A stretch of DNA of 64,000 nucleotides from Alphaproteobacteria bacterium (GTDB lineage: Bacteria > Pseudomonadota > Alphaproteobacteria > G965222575), in the NCBI GenBank assembly GCA_965222575.1, contig OZ244958.1:32001-96000 (forward strand), given 5' to 3'. Made by a program: the position numbers and the translations under genes. This document shows, one piece after another, positions 25,808 through 34,167 of this stretch (its first letter is position 1; the number at the start of each line of letters is the position of its first letter). The notes under the pieces were generated by a model that searched no databases, was not told the origin of the DNA, and saw only the letters and a list, made by a program, of their open reading frames with translations.

Positions 25808-28465
25808 ATGAGAGAGTTCAAGAATATTCTTTTTGTTATGGCTTTATCTTTGTGTGTTGTAGCACTAGAAGGCTGTGGAGGTAGCGGCGGCGGTGGTGGT
25901 AGTAGCGGTGGCGGTGGAACAAACACGCCTGTTGTTGACAACTATGCGTTAGCTCTTAAGGCTTCTTCCTCTTTTGAGGAGAAGAATCCTTGGCCTACTG
26001 TCAATAAAGTTTTTCCACTTAAAAACCCCGAAGACTCTACAGATTCTGATGAAGCGTTTCTCAAGAGCTTCAAAACAGAGGAATACCAGAAAAACGGCTT
26101 CCTTTATGATTTTCTAGAACTGCCGGAATTCTATGCCCGAGGCATAACAGGAGAGGGCATCACTGTTGGCATATGGGATTCAGGCTTCGACCCCAATGTT
26201 ATGGGAAAGGATACGCTAAAGGCGAGAATCAAAGGAGTTAAGCTAGAAAATCTAACACCTGATAAGCAAATAATGACGTCGCTACCCTATCCACATCTCG
26301 TTCCATTTGACCATTATAGACTTCCTAATTACGAGTTCCCCCTTACAGAAGACTTTGATGACGACATCTCCCATGGCACAACAATGCTTTCCTTTATTGC
26401 TGCCGGGAAAGAGGGGGATGGTATACATGGCGTAGCCTATGAGGCTTCGGCCTTTGTTATTGCTGCAGACACTTTCTCCACGGACATAATTACACCAGAG
26501 GAAGCGGTAGTAGAAGGCGACAAGTTCATACCGGCGCTTCATCTCTGGAAATCCCGAGGGGTGAAAGTGGTCAATTTTAGTATGGGTTTTCGGTTAGAGA
26601 TGTTAGAGGAGGCAGCGAATAAGGAGATAGAACAACTGAAATCATTGCCAGGGATGACACAAGAGGCTTTGGAAGCATACCTCAAGAAGCTGGTGCCTTT
26701 TATTAAGGAAAGGGTAAAAAATCTGATGACAGAAAAGGTACCAGAAGCATTAGAAGCTCTAGATATTATCCTTGTCATATCAGCAGGAAACGACGGATAT
26801 AACGAAAACCCTGACAAAAACTACGAAAATCCTGCTTTTCCGGGGCGCGCGGTGACAGAGATGAACGGGTGGGGATTAGTCATCACAGAAGCCGTTGTGT
26901 TACACAAGGAAATGTCTTTTACCTTTTCAGATCCTTCAGATCAAAAACAATATGAGATCCTTAAAGAAAAGACCTCTGCCGAAATCACTGACGATAAGCT
27001 ACAATCTTATACACAGGATAAAACAGGCCAGATTCTCTTAAAAATGTATGAGACAGGAAACAGCAATCCCTGTGGAAGTGCTAAAGACTTTTGCCTCACT
27101 GTTTTAACCACAGCCCTCTTCCCCACCTACCTAAATGAGCCTAAAGTACATCTTAAAGACAAAGATGAAACAATAGAAGGCTCTTCTATGGCGACAGCTA
27201 TAACAACTGGGGTCATAGCGTTGTTACAACAAGCTTATTCCACATTAAAAGGCAATGAGATTGTGCAGCTTCTGTTAAAGAGCGCTCATAAAATACCGGG
27301 GAAGGAAGAGATATACGGACAAGGGATTTTAAGCCCCCGGAGAGCCCTTCTTCTTCCTTTTGAAGCAGCGGTTCCCGCGCACACTGCTAGTTCTTATGAG
27401 GCTACTGGGTTTTCTCTTGATGCAGGAGGAGTGCGTGTAGCCCCCAGTCTTGGTGCCTTACCTCTTTTGAAACCGCTCAAGGGCAATACTCCCTTACAGA
27501 TTTTGTTTTTTGATAAGTTCAGAGACCCTAATAGATATTGGGTACAAGACATAAACGATACATTTCTGTCTTCTGTTTCAAGAGGGGAAGAGAAGCCTGT
27601 GTTGTCTTTCTTTTCTTCTGTTTCCAGCACACTAAAGGCACAAGTTGGCAAAGGGAGATTGTTGTTGAATAAGGAAGAGAGGAAGATGGCTTATGAAGGG
27701 GTATTAGGAGAGGTGCCTTATCGTGTAGGGATTGGAGGAGAAGTACTAGAGGAAGAAGATAGAGTATTAGCCTTAGCGTCTCACGGAGACCTTTTGGAGG
27801 AGAAGCGGTCTTTTTCATTAGGGTCTGGTTTTTCCTTAGGGTTTGCTCAAGGAGAAAAAGAGGGGTATCGTGTCTATAGTGGATATCGTAAGACATTTGG
27901 GAGCGGTTTTTTGTATGCGGAAGCTGGCATTGTGAGAGAAGGGGAAGCCTTTTTAGGAGGGAGAGGTACAGCTTTTATGGAGTTTTCTAATGGAGGGAGG
28001 ACTTGGTATGGGAGGATACAGGGGCGAATGCGTGTTGGGGGATTTGAGATGAATGTTGCGGCTTATATGGGGCGTAGTTTTTCTGGAGGGGAGGGGTCTA
28101 GGAGCAGTTGGTTAAGGCTTAAAGAAGGGAGAAGCCAAAGTGGGGGCATCAGTATTAAAAGGGGGTTATCAAGAAAGAGAAGTATAGAGCTTGGGGCGCT
28201 TTTCCCTCTTAAAAGCTCTTATGTGGGAGAGATGTCTCAATTGGAGGTCTTAAAAGGCGACCTATTAGGGACTTTGCGTTGGTCACAACATGATGTAAGA
28301 TTGTCCTCAGAAGGAAGAGAAAAGCTTTTTTATGGCTCTTATACGCAAGTCGTGAAGACAGGAGGGAAGATACACCTATCCTTCGGAGTGAGACTAGAAA
28401 GAAACCATGTCCCTAATAGGGTACCGGAAAGCTTTTACCTCCTACAATATCGGCACACTTTCTAA
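25808..28465 (+). CDS. S8 subtilase lipoprotein/autotransporter-like, copy 7 (subfamily B)
   Basis: ALEGC; GIWDSG / SHGTTM / SAGNDG / GSSMATA; helical insertion after VVNFS; shared C-terminal module. Confidence 0.9.
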   Translation: MREFKNILFVMALSLCVVALEGCGGSGGGGGSSGGGGTNTPVVDNYALALKASSSFEEKNPWPTVNKVFPLKNPEDSTDSDEAFLKSFKTEEYQKNGFLYDFLELPEFYARGITGEGITVGIWDSGFDPNVMGKDTLKARIKGVKLENLTPDKQIMTSLPYPHLVPFDHYRLPNYEFPLTEDFDDDISHGTTMLSFIAAGKEGDGIHGVAYEASAFVIAADTFSTDIITPEEAVVEGDKFIPALHLWKSRGVKVVNFSMGFRLEMLEEAANKEIEQLKSLPGMTQEALEAYLKKLVPFIKERVKNLMTEKVPEALEALDIILVISAGNDGYNENPDKNYENPAFPGRAVTEMNGWGLVITEAVVLHKEMSFTFSDPSDQKQYEILKEKTSAEITDDKLQSYTQDKTGQILLKMYETGNSNPCGSAKDFCLTVLTTALFPTYLNEPKVHLKDKDETIEGSSMATAITTGVIALLQQAYSTLKGNEIVQLLLKSAHKIPGKEEIYGQGILSPRRALLLPFEAAVPAHTASSYEATGFSLDAGGVRVAPSLGALPLLKPLKGNTPLQILFFDKFRDPNRYWVQDINDTFLSSVSRGEEKPVLSFFSSVSSTLKAQVGKGRLLLNKEERKMAYEGVLGEVPYRVGIGGEVLEEEDRVLALASHGDLLEEKRSFSLGSGFSLGFAQGEKEGYRVYSGYRKTFGSGFLYAEAGIVREGEAFLGGRGTAFMEFSNGGRTWYGRIQGRMRVGGFEMNVAAYMGRSFSGGEGSRSSWLRLKEGRSQSGGISIKRGLSRKRSIELGALFPLKSSYVGEMSQLEVLKGDLLGTLRWSQHDVRLSSEGREKLFYGSYTQVVKTGGKIHLSFGVRLERNHVPNRVPESFYLLQYRHTF

Positions 28466-28474
28466 TACCAGAAG

Positions 28475-29908
28475 ATGACAGCGCTAAAGCCTATCCTTTT
28501 TGTTATAGCTTTATCTTTGTGTGTTGTTCCCCATAGCAACTATGCGCGCGCTCTTAGGGGTGATAAGGTGAATGATGTTTTTCCACTTCAAAAAGAAGGC
28601 TATGCAGGTTCTGATGAAGCGTTTCTCAAGAGCTTCAAAACAGAGGAATACCAGAAAAACGGCTTCCTTTATGATTTTCTAGAACTGCCGCAATTCTATG
28701 CCCGAGGCATAACAGGAGAGGGCATCACTGTTGGCATATGGGATTCAGGCTTCAACCCCGATGTTATGGGAGAGGATACGCTAAAGGAGAGAACCAAAGG
28801 CATTAAGCTAGAACACATAAAGACGGATAACTCTATAGAGATACCCCCCTACACCCTGAGATTAGATGATAGTAGACTTGCTCATCAAGATTTCCTCCTT
28901 ACAGAAGACATTGATATCCCCCTCTCTCTTTCTCACTCCGGTTATCATGGCACAAAGATGCTTTCCTTTATTGCTGCCGGGAAAGAGGGCTATGGTATAC
29001 AGGGTGTAGCGTATCAGGCTTCGGCCTTTGTTATTGCTGAACAAACCAATTCATTCCCCTACAAAAAGCTCATACCGGCGCTTCACCTCTGGAAATCCCA
29101 AGGGGTGAAAGTGGTCAATTTTAGTCTGACTTTGCAGTTAGAACGTGTCTCTCCAAAGATGCATTACCGCTTGTCTCACCTAACAAGAACAGAACTCCCA
29201 AAAGCATTAGAAGCTCTAGATATTATCCTTGTCCTGGCAGCAGGAAACGAAGGATATAACAAACACTACTCAAATCCTGCTTTTCCGGGAAATGTGGATA
29301 TGAAGGGGTGGGGATTAGTCATCACAGAAGCCGTTGTGTTACCAACGGGAGAGGATTTGAGAGTTAAAGATAAAAAACGATATGAGATCATTAAAGACAA
29401 GACCTCTACCTCAATCACTGACCATAAGCTACAATCCTATATACAGGATAAAACAGGCCAGATTCTCTTAAGAATGTATGACTTAGGAAACAGCAATCCC
29501 TGTGGAAGCGCGAAAGACTTTTGCCTCACTGTTTTAACCACAGCCACCTCTCCTAGCGGCTCAACATATATGCCTCAAGCCTATCTTAACGGCAAAGATA
29601 AACCAGAAGGGGGCTCTTCTATGGCAACAGCCATAGCAACTGGGGTCATCGCTTTGTTACAACAAGCTTATCCCACATTAAACGGCAAGGAAATTGTGCA
29701 GCTTCTGTTAGAGAGCGCTCATAAAATCCCGGGGAAGGAACATATATACGGACAAGGGATTTTAAGCCCATGGAGAGCCCTTCTTCTTGCTCTTGAAAAA
29801 AAGACACCACGCACCACTCTCTCTTACCCCACTTTCGTCCCTCTTTATGCAGGAGACCAGACTATAGGAAAATCTTCACTATTCCGCCCGAAAAAAAACA
29901 AACATTAA
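28475..29908 (+). CDS. S8 subtilase, copy 8 (subfamily B), lacking lipobox and C-terminal module
   Basis: Signal-like ILFVIALSLCVV joined directly to the mature domain without EGC/poly-Gly. Triad intact (GIWDSG, YHGTKM, GSSMATA). Ends ~40 aa after YGQGILSPWRAL. Confidence 0.85.
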   Translation: MTALKPILFVIALSLCVVPHSNYARALRGDKVNDVFPLQKEGYAGSDEAFLKSFKTEEYQKNGFLYDFLELPQFYARGITGEGITVGIWDSGFNPDVMGEDTLKERTKGIKLEHIKTDNSIEIPPYTLRLDDSRLAHQDFLLTEDIDIPLSLSHSGYHGTKMLSFIAAGKEGYGIQGVAYQASAFVIAEQTNSFPYKKLIPALHLWKSQGVKVVNFSLTLQLERVSPKMHYRLSHLTRTELPKALEALDIILVLAAGNEGYNKHYSNPAFPGNVDMKGWGLVITEAVVLPTGEDLRVKDKKRYEIIKDKTSTSITDHKLQSYIQDKTGQILLRMYDLGNSNPCGSAKDFCLTVLTTATSPSGSTYMPQAYLNGKDKPEGGSSMATAIATGVIALLQQAYPTLNGKEIVQLLLESAHKIPGKEHIYGQGILSPWRALLLALEKKTPRTTLSYPTFVPLYAGDQTIGKSSLFRPKKNKH

Positions 29909-29954
29909 GGAGTGTGTTATAACATGCTGTCATGTTAACAATACACACCCGCTC

Positions 29955-30932
29955 ATGAAACTCCCCTTCCTAAGACCTACTCCTCCTACTACTGCCCTTA
30001 CCCCACAAATAGCGCACCCTAAAACAACTGCTCCTAAAAAGGGAACTCATCATATCACCCCCTCCACACAACCCTCAGCAGAACCAACCCTCAATAATCC
30101 CCTCTTAGAATATGAAAAACGCCTAAAGGAATTAGACAAACATATAAGCATTCTAGAGAGTCATCTAGACAACCCAACAGAAGAGATAAAAGCCCATAAC
30201 CTCAGTGCTATCGAAGAAAGACTAGCGCAACTCTCCGAGCTTAAACACACAAAAGCAAAAGAGTTTGGATACACAGCAACAGACTTAAATAGCATCAATA
30301 AAATGGTACAAGGTTTTGGGTTTAAGATAGAGCTTTTATTAGACCGTAACTACAAGCCGCAAAACCTTCTGGAGGTACAAAAGACCCTAGAGGCTACCAT
30401 TGAAAAGCTAGGGGGAGAAAAGACCATGACACAACAACACGCTACTAACCAAGTCAACGAAACATTTCAAGCCCTTAATCTTCTAAAAACCCAAAACAAG
30501 AAAACACCCCACACCCCTCGTGCTAGTGTTCTAAAAAAACGATTGAAAACCTGCAATCATTTCCCCTTGCGCCATTTCTTCCCCGTTACAAAATGGCAAA
30601 AAGAACTCACAAAACTTAATGACTTGTCAAAAAGGCTACCGGAAGCGAAACAGACCTTTCAAAACGCTCTACAATTACTGGACTCTTTAGAAGCATACGA
30701 GAACCTGCAACAAAAACTAAAAACTACTGAAACAGCAACACCAGACGATATCCCCGCATTGGAAAAAGAACGGGAGAAAGCAACACAAATGTTGGAACTT
30801 CTTAATGAAGAAAAGGGACTAGAGGAGTTAAAAAAAGCCCTAGAACAAAAACAACACCTGTCTCAACAGCTGAAAGACCTCATAGAAACGAGCGCAACTC
30901 CTACACACATGGCAGAGCCAACCATAGAATAA
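29955..30932 (+). CDS. Hypothetical protein, Pro/Thr-rich N-terminus plus coiled coil
   Basis: 325-aa ORF with heptad-like L/E/K/Q pattern; no recognised motif. Confidence 0.7.
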   Translation: MKLPFLRPTPPTTALTPQIAHPKTTAPKKGTHHITPSTQPSAEPTLNNPLLEYEKRLKELDKHISILESHLDNPTEEIKAHNLSAIEERLAQLSELKHTKAKEFGYTATDLNSINKMVQGFGFKIELLLDRNYKPQNLLEVQKTLEATIEKLGGEKTMTQQHATNQVNETFQALNLLKTQNKKTPHTPRASVLKKRLKTCNHFPLRHFFPVTKWQKELTKLNDLSKRLPEAKQTFQNALQLLDSLEAYENLQQKLKTTETATPDDIPALEKEREKATQMLELLNEEKGLEELKKALEQKQHLSQQLKDLIETSATPTHMAEPTIE

Positions 30933-30951
30933 CGGTAACCCTCCCTCTCTC

Positions 30952-33900
30952 TCACCCCCCCCCTCCGTCTGACTTCCCTTGGGAATCTCTCACCCCACAA
31001 TACAGCCTGCCAAAATCATCACTTTTCATCAAACACCCCGAATAAGTCCACAGAAGATACCCTAAAACCAATTTTTTCGGGAAAATCCTCTTCAAAAGCG
31101 ATTCATACACCTTCATCTGATGTAAAATCTCCAAAGATACCTGCTCCAACCCTAGCGGCACTTTAACAGAAGTCTTATACTCAACAAAAATTACCTCCTT
31201 CTCCATGACCATAAGCTGGTCAAGACGCCCAACTTGCTCCTCCTCCTCTACCCCCACCCCCTTCCCTATCAGCGGTACCTCAAACAAAGAAGGAGAACAA
31301 AACAAAATCTCTGACTCAGGATTAGACATTATCTTCTCAATATCTTCCTGCATACGCTCAATCATCTCCTCGCACTCAACATCCTTATACAGTCGTTTCC
31401 GAAAAGGCGCCCCCTTCCCCGCTTGTATGAAGCACTGCAACACCTTATGAAAATCCCTGCCATAAATAGCCGCTTCCTGTATTTCCCTACCTTCTCCTCC
31501 TCCTCCTCCTCCTTGCCGCAAAGAAACAGAAGCCCTCACACGACGATGTGACCCTCTCTCCTCATAGGGCTTCTCAATCCATGTAGGCAAAGACAAGGTC
31601 TCTTCTTGAGCAGCCTTCTCTTTTGTTGCCCCCCCCTTAAGAGACTCCCCAAAAAGACCCCACTGCTCTTGCTTTTGAAGCCTCTTATCAAGGACCCGAA
31701 ACGCCTTGTGCAGTATCTCCCCTAATACACAATTCTCCTCAGGAAGAGCTATGTATAGATGCTCCTGAGCACGCGTTAACGCGACATAAAAAAGACGCAA
31801 TAACTCCTCACGCTCAAAATCCTTTATGGCTCTCCCATAGTCCTCCATAAACAGTAAAGACTCTCCTTTAGACGGTAAATACAAAGGCGAAACCCATAGA
31901 GAAGAAAATTGCTCCTGTAAAAGGCACTGTTGCTTCACGGGCTTGTGAGGATTAAAGGCAAGGTCAGGCAAAAACACCACAGGCGATTCTAAACCCTTAG
32001 CCTGATGTATTGTCATAAGACGCACACCAGAGGTGCTCATGGAAGGGGCAATCTCCTCCCCTTCACAGCGCCTAAACCATTCTAAAAATGCCCATAACCC
32101 ACCCCCCTCTTGAACATCGTATGCCAATGCCTTCTCAAGAAACACCTCAATGGGATACACAACCCTCGCCCCCCCTTCCCCGCTATAAGACTCCCAACCC
32201 CCCAATACTTCCAAAACATAAGAAAAAAACGAAAAAACTTTCTCCTCCCTATAATCCAAAAGAGCCTGTATCACCTCTACACTCCTATGGAACTTCGAGG
32301 CTTGTAACGCTAACCACAGACTCTGATGACCTTCTGCCTTTTTCTTCTTTGTAAGATACAAAAGCTCTTGTTCGCTCAGTGACAAAAGAGGAGATTTCAA
32401 AAAACAGGCCAGATTAAAATCATCTTCAGGACACACACTCACACGCGCAACGCGCAATAAATCCTGTATATATAAATAATCACTCAAGACATATCTATCT
32501 TCCCCATGAAAAGGAAGGTGTGAATCTTGTAGCTTGTACAATAAGGTTTTATACATTTTCTGTTGGCGCGAGGCACACAAAATCATAATATCCTCCGGAC
32601 GACAGCCCCGCCCCTCACAGCTTTTTAACCCCACAAAAGCCTTTTTATCACACAAGCGCTCAATTTCCTCTATCACACAGTCAGCAACCTTTTCAGTATC
32701 CCCCCCCCCATCAGTAAGAAAACTCACCCCCCCCCGAAACCCTACTTGGCTGTAATGGGAGACTTGCTCAAAAATTTGCTGCCTTTTATCAGAAATCCCA
32801 CCAGAAGAAAAATGAGATACGATAACATCTACCACTTCCAAAATCTCCTGGGCAGACCGAAAAGAATACGATAACTGCTCCTCTCGAAACACAATCCCCC
32901 CAAAATACTTCTCCCTCGCTAGTAAAAAATCCTCAACCCTCGCCCCCTGAAACGCATAAATCGACTGCTTAGAATCCCCTACCACAAAAACACTAGGAAA
33001 AAGACCTCCCTCCCCCCGCCCCGAAAATGAGCCAATTTGTTGCTTCTCCTGAAGTATTTGCTGACACAAACAGGACACTATCTTCCACTGCAACAGACTA
33101 TTATCCTGAGCCTCATCTAACAAAATATGCTCAAGCCTCTCTTCCTTATCCCAAACCCACCTCTTAGACGACAGTATCTCTATAGTCTTCAACAGTAAAT
33201 CTTCATAATTCACCACATTACCTCTCTGCTTTTCCTCTTCAACACAAGAAAAGAGATGCTCGTAAAACACGCCTATATGCTTTGTAGCCTCAAAGCACGC
33301 TTTTCTAACCCTATATTCTTTTATTTTTCTCACCCTCTCTGACTCGCTATACAAGACCTCCTCTCCTTCAATGGCTTTTCTCCTTTTATGCGTCTTGGTA
33401 AAAAAGAGACCGTAATAGTCTTCAAACTTGTCCTCAGGCTGTTGAAGAAAAGCCTGCAAAACAAACAAAGACTCCTCCTTTCGTCCCTTCAAAGCACAGC
33501 GGAGGTCTTCTACATTCAGAGGGTGCAGAGCAGGAGAGGACAAGGGAAAAGAAGAAGGAAGTCTCCGTAGCTTCTCTTTGAGTGAAGGATTCCCCAACAA
33601 GGTTTTCCCAAGGTCAACAAAAGTCCGCTCCACCATACAGTGAGCAAGAGCATCAAGAGACTCCTTCAAAGACGGAGAGGGAGAACTCAAAAGCTTCTGA
33701 ACAGCAGTTTCCATAGCACTGCGGCAAGCAGAGAGGTCTAGTTGAAAATGAGGCAGAAGCCCTGCTTCAAAAGGAATTTTACAGAGCAAGGTATAACAAA
33801 AGCTATGAATCGTTTGCACAAAATCCTCAACAGTTAAAATCTCTTCAAACAATTGCCTAGCACGGTGCAACTCCTCACTCCTCGGCACTCTCCCTAACAG

Positions 33901-34167
33901 AGCCGTTATGTCCCCCTTCAACACTTCTTGTCCTTGAATTTGCCACTTCGTCACAGACTCATACAGTCTTGTCATCATGGAAAACCGACTAGCATTGCTA
34001 AAGGTCAAGCATAAGACACGACGCGGATGAACGCCGGCAAGAAATAAACGCAAGAGCCTATCCACTAGCGTTTTGGTCTTGCCAGACCCAGCATGGGCAG
34101 AAACCCAACTCGACCACTTAGGGTCTGAGGCATTGAACTGCTCTTTATATTGTCCTACCCCTACCAT
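30952..34167 (-). CDS. addA: Double-strand break repair helicase/nuclease AddA
   Basis: AHAGSGKT, QTIHSFC, LLDEAQD, VGDSKQSIYAFQGA, MTIHQAKGLE, YVALTRAQ and a C-terminal RecB-type nuclease (GRLD..EYKT). Confidence 0.92.
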   Translation of the reverse strand: MVGVGQYKEQFNASDPKWSSWVSAHAGSGKTKTLVDRLLRLFLAGVHPRRVLCLTFSNASRFSMMTRLYESVTKWQIQGQEVLKGDITALLGRVPRSEELHRARQLFEEILTVEDFVQTIHSFCYTLLCKIPFEAGLLPHFQLDLSACRSAMETAVQKLLSSPSPSLKESLDALAHCMVERTFVDLGKTLLGNPSLKEKLRRLPSSFPLSSPALHPLNVEDLRCALKGRKEESLFVLQAFLQQPEDKFEDYYGLFFTKTHKRRKAIEGEEVLYSESERVRKIKEYRVRKACFEATKHIGVFYEHLFSCVEEEKQRGNVVNYEDLLLKTIEILSSKRWVWDKEERLEHILLDEAQDNSLLQWKIVSCLCQQILQEKQQIGSFSGRGEGGLFPSVFVVGDSKQSIYAFQGARVEDFLLAREKYFGGIVFREEQLSYSFRSAQEILEVVDVIVSHFSSGGISDKRQQIFEQVSHYSQVGFRGGVSFLTDGGGDTEKVADCVIEEIERLCDKKAFVGLKSCEGRGCRPEDIMILCASRQQKMYKTLLYKLQDSHLPFHGEDRYVLSDYLYIQDLLRVARVSVCPEDDFNLACFLKSPLLSLSEQELLYLTKKKKAEGHQSLWLALQASKFHRSVEVIQALLDYREEKVFSFFSYVLEVLGGWESYSGEGGARVVYPIEVFLEKALAYDVQEGGGLWAFLEWFRRCEGEEIAPSMSTSGVRLMTIHQAKGLESPVVFLPDLAFNPHKPVKQQCLLQEQFSSLWVSPLYLPSKGESLLFMEDYGRAIKDFEREELLRLFYVALTRAQEHLYIALPEENCVLGEILHKAFRVLDKRLQKQEQWGLFGESLKGGATKEKAAQEETLSLPTWIEKPYEERGSHRRVRASVSLRQGGGGGGEGREIQEAAIYGRDFHKVLQCFIQAGKGAPFRKRLYKDVECEEMIERMQEDIEKIMSNPESEILFCSPSLFEVPLIGKGVGVEEEEQVGRLDQLMVMEKEVIFVEYKTSVKVPLGLEQVSLEILHQMKVYESLLKRIFPKKLVLGYLLWTYSGCLMKSDDFGRLYCGVRDSQGKSDGGGG

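Larger units (their letters stand above)
9740..28465 (+). repeat. Seven near-identical 1079-bp direct repeats (C-terminal module) starting at 9740, 12367, 15228, 18110, 20983, 24712, 27387
   Basis: Each runs from CTAGTTCTTATGAGGC to the stop codon over the same length. Similarity continues through the 17-20-bp spacer and the next signal peptide. Confidence 0.95.

Noticed and set aside
9747-27896. Recurrent 85-122-aa minus-strand ORFs in each S8 copy
   Set aside because: Antisense shadows that recur only because the DNA is duplicated.
8035-28465. Diversity-generating retroelement or shufflon as the cause of S8 variation
   Set aside because: No reverse transcriptase or site-specific recombinase in the window, all copies are direct, and substitutions are not adenine-restricted.
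5770-29908. B12-riboswitch control extending over the protease array
   Set aside because: The array has its own near-consensus promoter at 7962-7990. Read-through cannot be excluded but nothing supports it.
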